From Pseudomonadota bacterium (lineage in GTDB: Bacteria; UBA10199; 2-02-FULL-44-16; JBDRGF01): DNA of 51,695 nt. The stretch is from NCBI GenBank assembly GCA_043818055.1, contig JBDRGF010000099.1:1-51695 (forward strand), written 5' to 3'. Below the pieces are notes generated by a model, which searched no databases, was not told the DNA's origin, and saw only the letters and a list, made by a program, of their open reading frames with translations. Within the stretch, counting starts at the first letter, position 1; each line of letters starts with the position of its first letter. Shown piece by piece: positions 1 to 9,243 of this stretch. Made by a program: the position numbers and the translations under genes.

Positions 1-1689
1 TCTCATTTTATTAAAGGGGATTGGGCGGCGAAGGGTAAAATAACAGGCCAGCTAAAAAAGAATGCCGTTTTTAAGTTCGCACTTTCAGCCCTTCACGACG
101 GAAAAAAATTGAAATACAGCCTTGATGGAAATTATGATAAGGGAACGATTAAAAGCTTTCTCAATATTGCAGGGAAATATTCCTCAGATCTGGTAGAGGC
201 GGTTATCAATGGTAAGATCGAAAATCCCACCTCGGGTGTGCCTAAAATTATGATGAGCGATTGCCGCATTTCGCTAAAGAAAAAAAGCTTTAGGAGCTCC
301 CTTGGAAAGGCAAGCCTTTCATGTCCTCTTGATCTCTTTCTTAAAACGATCAAGATGCCGAAAGGGGCCGAGTTGTTTTACGATGCGCCTGATCAGCTGA
401 GGGTGCAGCTGACCGCTGATGCCGACATGCCGTTTCTTCCGAACGAAAACAGCAGCATCTCAGGAAATGCTAAAATTAATTTAAAGCCAATTAGCGGTAA
501 ACTCATATCAAACAGGGGAGAGACAAATGTCATTTTTGAAGGAGTGCTCTCAGGATTTCCCGACACATGGAAGATCAATGCGAATGTTGATATTGATTTT
601 GCCATAGAAAATTATTCGAAGCTGGTGAGGTTTTTGGTCTCGACGCCATATTCGATCCCGGCCCCTCTCAATTCGCTCGATGGCAGGGTCTCGCTTAAGG
701 TGAAGGGGGCGTTTGATTTTCCTTTGAGCTTCAGCCATCTGCCGATTGAGATTCAAACGCGCCTTGGCTCGGAACATCAAAAACTCAACATAGACGGAAG
801 AGGTTACGCCGATCTCCATATGAAGGATATGGAGATCACAAAGATCGATGTCGTGGCTGATGTTGAATTGACCGAAGTTCAATTGCAGCTTCCAAATCTA
901 TCGCCGGTAGCTATCCCCCAACTCTTCCCAGACCCCCGGATTAAGTTAGCTGAAGGTCCTAAGCAGAAGAAGGAGAAAGCATTCCAGTTAAACTACAAGG
1001 CCTCATTGAAGACAAATAAGGGAAAGCCTCTTATACTCTTATCTAATCTTGCCAAAACTCCAGTGCCGATAGCTATAGATGTAGCAGCTGAGAATGGTAA
1101 ATTTTCAGGCTCGGTAAATGTTCAGCAATTTTCCATCGATCTTTTCAGGCGCAAAGCGAAACTTGAAAGATTGAATTTGAAGCTTGAGGATCCGATCAAT
1201 CTCTCCGATGTGAATGGGCTGGCTTCCGTAAAATACGCCGATTATACTGTGAACATCGGTGTGGAGGGGCCGGTGAAACATCCTGCAGTTATCCTTTCAT
1301 CCAACCCTCCGATGTCACAGGAGGATATCATCTCGACTCTGATATATGGTGAGCCGTACAGCAATCTGGACAAGACCGACGCGGAATCGGTCGGCGGTAT
1401 GAACGACGCATTTGCAAACAGGGCGTTAGCCCTCACCTCGATGTACCTCTTTGCCTCGACGCCGATTCAGAGGATAGGTTACAATCCGGATACGAAGACC
1501 GTCTCGGCGAAGCTGAAGATAGCGGATGGAACATCCCTCACTATCGCGACGGATGGAGAGAGCAAGGGAGAGGTTGGCCTAAGAAGGCGGCTTGGCAACG
1601 GTTGGATCATAAACACGACCGTCGAAAGCCCGACAGACGATGTGGACACCAAAGGAAGCGCATTTTTGGAATGGCACAAGAGACATTAA
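1..1689 (+). CDS. tamB: TamB/AsmA-like translocation and assembly module protein, C-terminal part (5' partial)
   Basis: Frame is open from base 1. TamB (DUF490)-type C-terminal signature GVEGPVKHPAVILSSNPPMSQEDIISTLIYG, followed by beta-strand-like segments ending FLEWHKRH. Confidence 0.7.
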   Translation, partial: SHFIKGDWAAKGKITGQLKKNAVFKFALSALHDGKKLKYSLDGNYDKGTIKSFLNIAGKYSSDLVEAVINGKIENPTSGVPKIMMSDCRISLKKKSFRSSLGKASLSCPLDLFLKTIKMPKGAELFYDAPDQLRVQLTADADMPFLPNENSSISGNAKINLKPISGKLISNRGETNVIFEGVLSGFPDTWKINANVDIDFAIENYSKLVRFLVSTPYSIPAPLNSLDGRVSLKVKGAFDFPLSFSHLPIEIQTRLGSEHQKLNIDGRGYADLHMKDMEITKIDVVADVELTEVQLQLPNLSPVAIPQLFPDPRIKLAEGPKQKKEKAFQLNYKASLKTNKGKPLILLSNLAKTPVPIAIDVAAENGKFSGSVNVQQFSIDLFRRKAKLERLNLKLEDPINLSDVNGLASVKYADYTVNIGVEGPVKHPAVILSSNPPMSQEDIISTLIYGEPYSNLDKTDAESVGGMNDAFANRALALTSMYLFASTPIQRIGYNPDTKTVSAKLKIADGTSLTIATDGESKGEVGLRRRLGNGWIINTTVESPTDDVDTKGSAFLEWHKRH

Positions 1690-1753
1690 AGCCTGCCGGA
1701 TTTATCGTGTTATTCGTTATAAAAACAAAAAACAGGCATAATCCAATATGCTC

Positions 1754-1979
1754 TAGGGTGTGTCGTCAGTTAGCAACGCTGTCATTCTGAGCAAAGAGAC
1801 TGTGTCATAATTCGACTTTTGTAGCCGCAGGCTTTAGCCTGCGCATTATAACGCCCTCTCAAAGCCCGCGGCTACATTAAAAAACCAATTATGACACAGT
1901 CTGTACGCTCAGGATGACAAGGCTCTTGAAAAAAAAGGTTCAAATATCACACTATTATGCTAACTGACGACACGCCCTA
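1754..1979. mobile_element. Nested MITE/REP composite with four concentric inverted-repeat pairs
   Basis: Inverted repeats at 1754-1775/1958-1979 (1 mismatch), 1780-1792/1907-1919 (1 mismatch), 1797-1812/1887-1902 (perfect 16 bp) and a GTAG-type REP pair at 1820-1828/1868-1876. Confidence 0.8.
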
Positions 1980-2103
1980 ATACCCACAGATCTGAACTGA
2001 CAAATTCCGTCAAAATTTTGATGAGGTGTCAAAAATTGAGCCTATTTTATCCACACTCTCATTGAAATCATTAATCTTTTTATCAATCCAACCAAAAAAA
2101 AGT

Positions 2104-2119
2104 TGGTATGACATATGCA
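2104..2119 (+). promoter_or_regulatory. Putative sigma54 (-24/-12) promoter
   Basis: TGGTATGACATATGCA has GG-N10-GC spacing, about 45 bp upstream of the 2165 start. GTCAAAA-N-TTGA-type repeats at about 2008-2040 may be enhancer sites. Confidence 0.55.
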
Positions 2120-2164
2120 GAAAACAAGCCGTGGTAGGTGGTGTGAATTTTATAGGAGGAATTT

Positions 2165-3178
2165 ATGAAGAAAAAACGTCAAATCTGTCTTGTTATTATC
2201 ACATTAATTTTCGCATTTGCGATCTGGGCGTGCGAAGGGAGTGGAGGTTCAGGGGATACAATAACACTTCCGGATGGCAGCGAATTGCATATCAATGGCA
2301 CATCGGATGATTCAACCGGCACTGAAGTCCCTGCGACGCAACCCGTTCCACCGACAGAAACTCCAGGTGCTGAGACGACACCTCCAAAAACTGAAGAGGC
2401 ACTCCCAGTCTCACCACTATTGGTTCATTATAAATTTGATGAACTTGAGGGCGGCAAGGTCAAGGATCTCTCTGGAAAGGGTCATGATGGTGTGCTTCAT
2501 GGGGATACAATTTTGTCAAATAATGCTAATGATGCTATGGAAGGCTCCGCGCTTATATTTGATGGTGATGGCGATTATGTGAGCATCTCATATGATGATT
2601 TAAAACCCTTTCCGTTGATTGCAAATCCAAACTTCACAGTGTCAATCTGGATGAAAGCCCTTTCATTTCCACCAGCAGACTCAACAGCTTTATTTTCGAA
2701 TGGTGTAAATGCCGTTTCAGGATTCGATCTACAGTTTTATTCTAACAACAAGGTAAATATGGTCAATAATCCCTGGTTTAGCCTCTATAGCGGTTACATT
2801 CAATGGGGACAGCCGGCTTATGTTGATATCAATGCAGCTACTAAGGACTATTTTAAAATCGATCCAAATGTTTGGTACAATATCATTGTAACGTATTTTT
2901 ATGACAAAAATCTTAACAGCGGTCGAGGAGGATTTATTTCGAGGTTTTATATCAATGGAGTGTTGGTGGGTGAGAATCTCAAGGAGGGTTTAACCTCTGC
3001 TCCGACGCAAAGAGATATCATCATAGGTTGCGGATACAAGAAAAACACGCAAGCCAACCCTCCGACTGAAGAGATTGGAAATTGCTTCAACGGAATCGTC
3101 GATGAGATGCGCATTTATTCGAAGGGTTTTACAAATGAAGATGTGGTAGGCCTATATAATGAAACACGCATAAAATAA
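2165..3178 (+). CDS. LamG/concanavalin A-like domain lipoprotein
   Basis: GGAGGA RBS, lipobox IWAC, Pro/Thr linker, and LamG-type motifs HYKFDE..DLSGKG, FDGDGDYV, FYINGVL, FNGIVDEMRIY. Confidence 0.85.
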   Translation: MKKKRQICLVIITLIFAFAIWACEGSGGSGDTITLPDGSELHINGTSDDSTGTEVPATQPVPPTETPGAETTPPKTEEALPVSPLLVHYKFDELEGGKVKDLSGKGHDGVLHGDTILSNNANDAMEGSALIFDGDGDYVSISYDDLKPFPLIANPNFTVSIWMKALSFPPADSTALFSNGVNAVSGFDLQFYSNNKVNMVNNPWFSLYSGYIQWGQPAYVDINAATKDYFKIDPNVWYNIIVTYFYDKNLNSGRGGFISRFYINGVLVGENLKEGLTSAPTQRDIIIGCGYKKNTQANPPTEEIGNCFNGIVDEMRIYSKGFTNEDVVGLYNETRIK

Positions 3179-3674
3179 CGCGCTCCACATAATGTTCGAT
3201 TTTTCGATTTATCCAGTCAGAAAACTAAACGGCTGTGGCAAGATTTGATTGAAGAGATCATGTATGGTTTTTTATCAATGGTTCAAGATCATTCATTTTA
3301 TCATCAAATAACTTAGTTTTATTGGGCAATTCAGCTTCTTTGAGAATATCTCTTATTGCAAACGCCTGCCATGCGTTTTGGGCAAAAATCAATAAATGTG
3401 GGTTTCAGAAGTGTCATTTGGACATGTTCTCATTTTTTTATATAGTTCAAAATATTTGTCATCTTGTGCCCTTAACGTAGCTATTTTTCAGTTCCAGTGG
3501 AACAGTATTGCATAACCCAACGCAACCACCTGTCATGATTCACTCTGTTTATGTGCTGATTCAATTATCATCTAGATTAACCATTCCCTTGTTTACGAAC
3601 GAAATAGGGCTGGCGTTATATAAAGAAGAACATAGGAAATAAAAATTAAAATCTTTGATTATAAAATTAAAAAA

Positions 3675-4307
3675 TTAGCGTGCAGCTGCAAGGGCTGGAA
3701 GTTGATCCGACGATGGAGAGATAAACATCTGGGCGATTTCTTGAAGGGTTCTTTGCGATGTGAAGACCTGAGTATTCTCTGACAGTTGTTTTCCATTGAG
3801 CATTCTTCTTATGATATCAGCTTGTAAATCATCTGGAGCGAATATTGATAGTTTAGGTAATTTTAATGAAGGGTTGGTGCCAAAAAAAGCCACAGTGTTT
3901 ACCACGCCGGCATTTAATAACTCTGCAAACTCACTGCCCATATAATGTCCACCACTGTAAAGATACAAATTGTTTGGTTCAGCTCCTCTGGCTAGGCCAA
4001 ATTTATGCATTTTAAAAAAGTCAGCAGCATCTTTAAGCAAGCCGACAAAATTATTTGCGCTATAAAGCAGCCCGAATGAATCAATCTCAGGAAGCATAAA
4101 TCTGGCTACACGCTCAGTTCCAAATATACCAGCAGGCTTTTCTGTTGTCACAAACCTATCAACAGCGAGACTTGAATATCCGGCATCTTGAAAGCGCTGA
4201 GCAATTGTTTGATTTGTATCGGAATGAAAAACAGGATGGGCCACCACTTTTCGAAACACATCAAGGGGGCTTGCAGTTACATTAAATTTAGTAGGTATTC
4301 TAAACAT
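3675..4307 (-). CDS. Hypothetical protein
   Basis: Long ORF. The ATG at 4307 is preceded by GAGGA and is preferred over the TTG at 4394. No motif recognised. Confidence 0.6.
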   Translation of the reverse strand: MFRIPTKFNVTASPLDVFRKVVAHPVFHSDTNQTIAQRFQDAGYSSLAVDRFVTTEKPAGIFGTERVARFMLPEIDSFGLLYSANNFVGLLKDAADFFKMHKFGLARGAEPNNLYLYSGGHYMGSEFAELLNAGVVNTVAFFGTNPSLKLPKLSIFAPDDLQADIIRRMLNGKQLSENTQVFTSQRTLQEIAQMFISPSSDQLPALAAAR

Positions 4308-4407
4308 AAAATCCTCGTCCCCCGGGTTCCACCTACCGCTCTCTGATTGACAAAAGAACCACTTTTGCGCCAAATTGTCAAGAAAACGCTTCAAATGTGG
4401 CTATTTT

Positions 4408-5631
4408 TTAGCCAATTCTTCCATTTTCTACATCTTCTAAAAATAAGGCTATCGACTCTTCAATATCTAATTTATGGTCAGTTTTCTGTCTAATTTGCTC
4501 TTGTCTCAAGGATAAGCTATTATCACTTGTGATAATTAACACCTCGCCTTCATTACTGGAATTCATTTTTGATAACACCATTCTTTGGAATTTCTCTGAA
4601 AATTCAATAAGATGTTGAACATATTCGGCAAAATCTTGTTTGTTGGATTTGAAGAATCCTTGCACAGCTAAGTATGCGAATTCTGAGACAGAAATTGCAC
4701 GTGATAAAACGCTGCTTCTTACGAATTTTGTGGCCCATTCCCAAAATCCATCATAATCATTTTGAATCTCCAAAACAGCTGCTACATCGTAACAATAGTG
4801 ACTCAGAAAACCATTTAACAACGATAGAAAATGTCTTGTCCATGCATCTGATGCCATAATTTGACGATGAATTGTTTTATTTCTTCTTGCTGCTGTTGTT
4901 GCTGCAAGATATTGCATTCTTGCTTGTGTGAGGAAGGGGGTGTTGATAGCATGTGAAGCTCCGAATACCCATAATAAGCTTTGAGAGTCAACGAGATCGG
5001 GATGATGTGTACCTTCAAGTAATTGAGAGTAGCCTGCAGCATTGGCGATTGCTGCATTAAGAATAAGAGGAAGCGTTAAGAGTTGTGCTGCTTTGCGTAT
5101 ACCGTCATTCATTTCATCTTTAGAAAATGGTAATGAATTGAACACCCCTGCCCACGTCTGAGCTGCACTTGTAAGTATAATCTCCGGCAAGCCTTGAGGT
5201 ACAAATCCGAGCATTTGTCTCACTGACTGTAAAAATTCTCCTTCAAGAATCGCGCAGCTATCTGTGTTATGAGGGAATTCTCTTGTTACACCACTTAAAA
5301 GTTGGTTTAAAGGTTGAACAAGGGGAGAATGTATCTGATTAAAACCCCATACCTCTAATTGAAGACTGGCTAATTTTGCCGCTGATAACCGGGGCAAATT
5401 TGCTAAGCCAGCTCTTATCCTTCCTGTATAGGAACTATGTACATCTGGTGTTTTAAGTATTCTTGTAGCTAGAGGGGGTATATCATCTCTGATTTGTTTT
5501 ATGCTTCTTATGCTTCCATCCTGAGTATTAAATTGTGCAGGATGGAATCCGTTTAAGTCTGAACGCGTTCTGCGTGGAAATGCTTCTGACAAGACCACTA
5601 ATTTTCTTGCAATACCTATCAATCCGCTCAT
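4408..5631 (-). CDS. Hypothetical protein (helical-looking orphan)
   Basis: 407-aa ORF with a GGAGGA RBS. No motif recognised. Confidence 0.7.
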   Translation of the reverse strand: MSGLIGIARKLVVLSEAFPRRTRSDLNGFHPAQFNTQDGSIRSIKQIRDDIPPLATRILKTPDVHSSYTGRIRAGLANLPRLSAAKLASLQLEVWGFNQIHSPLVQPLNQLLSGVTREFPHNTDSCAILEGEFLQSVRQMLGFVPQGLPEIILTSAAQTWAGVFNSLPFSKDEMNDGIRKAAQLLTLPLILNAAIANAAGYSQLLEGTHHPDLVDSQSLLWVFGASHAINTPFLTQARMQYLAATTAARRNKTIHRQIMASDAWTRHFLSLLNGFLSHYCYDVAAVLEIQNDYDGFWEWATKFVRSSVLSRAISVSEFAYLAVQGFFKSNKQDFAEYVQHLIEFSEKFQRMVLSKMNSSNEGEVLIITSDNSLSLRQEQIRQKTDHKLDIEESIALFLEDVENGRIG

Positions 5632-5698
5632 CTAAATCCTCCATCCCCCCCATTTTATGTTTAGGCTGTTTGAAATTCGAATCTTCCCTTTGACTTAA

Positions 5699-5725
5699 TT
5701 ATCGGTTAGTTTGGAAATTAGTTGC
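5699..5725 (-). promoter_or_regulatory. Putative sigma28 (FliA)-type promoter
   Basis: Minus strand reads GCAACTAA-N11-ACCGATAA, resembling the FliA consensus TAAAGTTT-N11-GCCGATAA mainly at the -10 element. Confidence 0.45.
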
Positions 5726-5767
5726 TTCCTTAGAAAAATTTTTTTTGAAGGGACATCCTAAAACCGC

Positions 5768-6784
5768 TTGCCATTTGGCGATATGCTTAATATAGCCGAG
5801 TCTACATACATATCAAAGCATAAAATACATATGACAACATCGAGCACTTCAAACAGGGTACAAACAGTCGACATCACGATCTCAAAAAATGGCAGATGCA
5901 TCATCACGGATGCCGGTCTTGAGGGTTTTAAAAAACGCAATCAGCCGATCTTAAAAAAGGCTATTGGTGCTATATTTAAGCATTTTCCGATCGACATCAA
6001 AAAAGCTGCTTTGGCATTTTCCAAAATTTATTTTACCAAAGAGAATCTCTGTCGTACTGTGAATTACCCCTCGCGCATCCCAACAAACAAGCTGGCAAAA
6101 TTCAGAAAGAAGTTGTTGAAGACCACAAAGCTCAGCGATAAGGAGGCATTGAATCACGGTATTGTCTCACGAGGTGTGAAATTAAAAATATCCGCTAAGG
6201 GAATCGATCCTGCAACGTCGCCTTATTACCATGCTAAATTGAAGAAGTTGAAGATAGTCACGGATGAGATCAGAAAAGTTCTCCTCCCCTCCGCGATGTT
6301 TGCGCTGCCATTTCCGGTAGAAAGGGTGAAGGGGATTTTTGCAAATACTCAGAATACACCAAACTACACCCCACATGTTAAATTCAAAAATAAGAATAAC
6401 CCTTTGGTGATTAGTAAAACTGCGAACACCACAGTTTCCCGGCATGTCCTGCCAGCCTTCGCGTGGGTGAAGATCAAATTTCAGATAATCACGACGTTGC
6501 ATAAAAATTTTACCATGTGGACGTTGTGGCATGACAACCGCGATCTGGCATTTCAGTTCGGGGGGATGATATTTCTCAAGCTATATGTTGCAAAAACAGG
6601 GCCCGGCCAAAACAAGCCGGAAGTAAAAGAACAAACGCTAGCCATAACCTGTAACGCATCAAGACACATCAACGGTTTCATTCAGGGTATTGCACGCCTT
6701 GCGATCGGCAGGATCAGAGAGAGCTATAACGCTGCTATCTTGACAAAAAAACTATATGCTGTGGAAAAGGGTGGGGGGAAATAA
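5768..6784 (+). CDS. Hypothetical basic protein (start uncertain)
   Basis: 338-aa Lys-rich ORF. No motif recognised. Confidence 0.6.
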   Translation: MPFGDMLNIAESTYISKHKIHMTTSSTSNRVQTVDITISKNGRCIITDAGLEGFKKRNQPILKKAIGAIFKHFPIDIKKAALAFSKIYFTKENLCRTVNYPSRIPTNKLAKFRKKLLKTTKLSDKEALNHGIVSRGVKLKISAKGIDPATSPYYHAKLKKLKIVTDEIRKVLLPSAMFALPFPVERVKGIFANTQNTPNYTPHVKFKNKNNPLVISKTANTTVSRHVLPAFAWVKIKFQIITTLHKNFTMWTLWHDNRDLAFQFGGMIFLKLYVAKTGPGQNKPEVKEQTLAITCNASRHINGFIQGIARLAIGRIRESYNAAILTKKLYAVEKGGGK

Positions 6785-6869
6785 CGGGCTATTTATTGCA
6801 GACGGGATGTTAAGGGAGTTAGGGCTGGACAAAAGTTATAACTCATTGTAGTAAAAGCGAGTTTTTATA

Positions 6870-6997
<128 letters not shown>

Positions 6998-7166
6998 AGA
7001 GAAGGAGGGATGAGAACAGCCTTCGAAGTTTATCAATCTTTTGACTATAGAACCGAATTATACTATTCAGTTATTTCGTATGGTCTTCAGAATTAGCTAA
7101 TCGATAAGAATTTGGATGAACTGCTTAAGAAGGTGGTACAGTCATCAAAAAAGTAATGAGCCGTCT

Positions 7167-8534
7167 ATGACTAAAGAATGTCAAAATACAGAATGGAAAG
7201 AATTCTGGCGTGACGAATATCTAAAATGGATATGCGGCTTTGCCAATGCTGATGGCGGCAATCTGGTCATCGGCAAAGATGATAAAGGTCAAATTGTGGG
7301 AGTGAAGAACTCCGGGGAATTGCTGGAGATTCTTCCAAATAAAGTACGCGATTTGCTCGGCATCATGGTCGATGTCAACTTACGCAAGTCAGCCGGTAAG
7401 GAGTACATCGAAATCATCACTCCGGCTTATCCTAACCCCATTAGCTACAGGGGAGAGTATTATTACCGAAGCGGCAGTACCAATCAAGCCCTTAAGGGTT
7501 CCGCTCTCGATCGTTTTATCCTGCGTAAGCAGGGAAAACATTGGGATGGCGTATTGGAGCCCTCTTTTAGGCAGAAAGATTGTAGTGCGGGAGCCCTTCA
7601 ACTTTTCAAACAAAAAGCAGGACAAAGCGGGCGCATGGACCCTGTTGTGTTGAAGGACGGTCGTGATGTCCTGCTAGATAATTTGGAGCTGATCGAAACT
7701 CATGGACTCAGGCGGGCAACATGTCTCCTTTTTTCCGATCGGCCCGAAAAGTTCATCAGCGGATCATGGCTCAAGATTGGTTTTTTTGTGACCGACGATG
7801 ACCTACGCTACCAAGATGAAATTCACGGGAACCTTTTTGATCAGGTTGAAAAGACGTTGGAACTGCTGCAAACCAAATATTTAAAAGCCTATATCACTTA
7901 TGAAGGGGTCCAGAGAGTTGAAAATTTTCTCTACCCGCCCGATGCCTTACGTGAGGCATTGCTCAATGCGGTCGTACACAAGGACTATAGCAGTGCTATA
8001 CCGATCCAGATCAGTGTATACGAAGACAAGATTTGCCTTTGGAATCCTGGAGAATTGCCAGAGGGCTGGACCATGAAGCGTTTTTTGGGCAAGCACCCGT
8101 CAAAGCCTCATAACCCCCTTTTGGCCAATGCATTCTTCAGGGCAGGATATATTGAGGCTTGGGGGCGAGGGATCGACAAGATTAATGGGGAGTGCCACAA
8201 ACATGGGATTTTAAAGCCAAATTACGATTTTGAGATGTCGGGTTTGATGATCACCTTCCACGCAAACCTGGCCCATATTGAGGCTGCCGGTTCTCAGAAA
8301 GCAGGCCGGGGAAAAACTTCGGTGAAAACTTCGGTGAAAACTTCGGTGAAAATTCTTCAGCTGTTGGAGGCAAATCCAAACTTGACGTTAGCGGATATTG
8401 CCAAAGAGGTTGGGAGATCGCTGCGTGCCGTTGAACTCGCCAGTTCAAAACTCGTTAAAGAAGGAAGACTGAGATATGTCGGCCCGCAAAAGGGCGGGCA
8501 TTGGGAGGTCATTTGGAAAGACGTGGAAAAATGA
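7167..8534 (+). CDS. Schlafen/AlbA_2 domain + HATPase_c_4 + C-terminal HTH protein
   Basis: ECQNTEWK, FANADGGNLVIG, YYRSGS, ALREALLNAVVHKDY, NPLLANAF..GYIEAWGRG, and a terminal wHTH ending GGHWEV. Confidence 0.85.
   Translation: MTKECQNTEWKEFWRDEYLKWICGFANADGGNLVIGKDDKGQIVGVKNSGELLEILPNKVRDLLGIMVDVNLRKSAGKEYIEIITPAYPNPISYRGEYYYRSGSTNQALKGSALDRFILRKQGKHWDGVLEPSFRQKDCSAGALQLFKQKAGQSGRMDPVVLKDGRDVLLDNLELIETHGLRRATCLLFSDRPEKFISGSWLKIGFFVTDDDLRYQDEIHGNLFDQVEKTLELLQTKYLKAYITYEGVQRVENFLYPPDALREALLNAVVHKDYSSAIPIQISVYEDKICLWNPGELPEGWTMKRFLGKHPSKPHNPLLANAFFRAGYIEAWGRGIDKINGECHKHGILKPNYDFEMSGLMITFHANLAHIEAAGSQKAGRGKTSVKTSVKTSVKILQLLEANPNLTLADIAKEVGRSLRAVELASSKLVKEGRLRYVGPQKGGHWEVIWKDVEK
8313..8352 (+). 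repeat. In-frame 12-bp tandem repeat (AAAACTTCGGTG x3)
   Basis: Encodes KTSV x3 in the linker before the HTH. Confidence 0.9.
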
Positions 8535-8602
8535 ACATTGATTTAACGTTTATAACTAATGAAGATGGCGCAAGGCTGTTCTCGAACAGGAATGGTCAAT
8601 GA
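8531..8602 (+). pseudogene. 23-aa remnant ORF, probably the N-terminus of a displaced helicase gene
   Basis: MNIDLTFITNEDGARLFSNRNGQ, with ATGA overlaps to both neighbours. Recalled resemblance to the 'DLTFxTNE' start of PLD-SNF2 helicases in RM loci. Confidence 0.45.
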
Positions 8603-9243
8603 GCCTGATCAAGTCAAAACAGCGTATCGCCGACCACGGGGAGGTCTTTACCCCCGCGTGGATGGTCGAGGCGATGCTGGGCCTAGTGAAGGACGAGACC
8701 GAGCGCATCGACTCGCGCTTCCTTGAGCCGGCGTGCGGGAGCGGGAACTTCCTCGTGCGAATTCTTCAGCGCAAACTCACCGCTGTTGAAATCAAGTTCG
8801 GCAAATCCGATTTTGAAAAACGGCACTATGCGCTTCTCGCACTCATGTGCATTTATGGGATTGAGCTTCTGCCGGACAACATTGATGAGTGCCGCGCGAA
8901 CCTGCTGGAGATCTTCGCCGCGTATCTGAACCTCGATAAGTCGGAAGAGCTGTATCGCGCCGCGTTCTTCGTGCTTTCGCAAAATCTCGTCCGCGGCGAC
9001 GCATTGACGATGCGCACGCATGACGACCTACCAATCACCTTCGCTGAGTGGGGGTATCTGGGTAAGGGCAGGTTTCAGCGACGTGACTTCCGCTTCGACA
9101 GTCTCACTCAGTCATCGGCTTTCAGCGCCGAGGGGACACTCTTCGCCCATCTCGGAAGACACGAGATTTTCCAGCCTGCTAAGACTTACCCGCCCTTAGC
9201 GGTAAGTAGTTTGGCCGGTGCTACAAAGGAGACAGCCCAATGA
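8599..9243 (+). CDS. Short N6-adenine DNA methyltransferase-like subunit (SAM-binding half)
   Basis: GEVFTP motif X, FLEPACGSGNFL motif I, IYGIEL. No NPPY motif. Confidence 0.85.
   Translation: MSLIKSKQRIADHGEVFTPAWMVEAMLGLVKDETERIDSRFLEPACGSGNFLVRILQRKLTAVEIKFGKSDFEKRHYALLALMCIYGIELLPDNIDECRANLLEIFAAYLNLDKSEELYRAAFFVLSQNLVRGDALTMRTHDDLPITFAEWGYLGKGRFQRRDFRFDSLTQSSAFSAEGTLFAHLGRHEIFQPAKTYPPLAVSSLAGATKETAQ

Noticed and set aside
2026..2582. Alternate-frame ORFs 2026..2310 and 2274..2582
   Set aside because: They overlap the promoter and the well-supported LamG lipoprotein gene.
3355..3372. Minus-strand TGGCAGGCGTTTGCA as a sigma54 promoter
   Set aside because: The GG-GC spacing is 9 rather than the required 10, and no intact gene follows.
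3180..3670. Possible decayed gene on the minus strand (fragment FAIRDILKEAELPNKTKLFDDK)
   Set aside because: It has multiple stops and no recognisable family, so it cannot be supported without a homology search.
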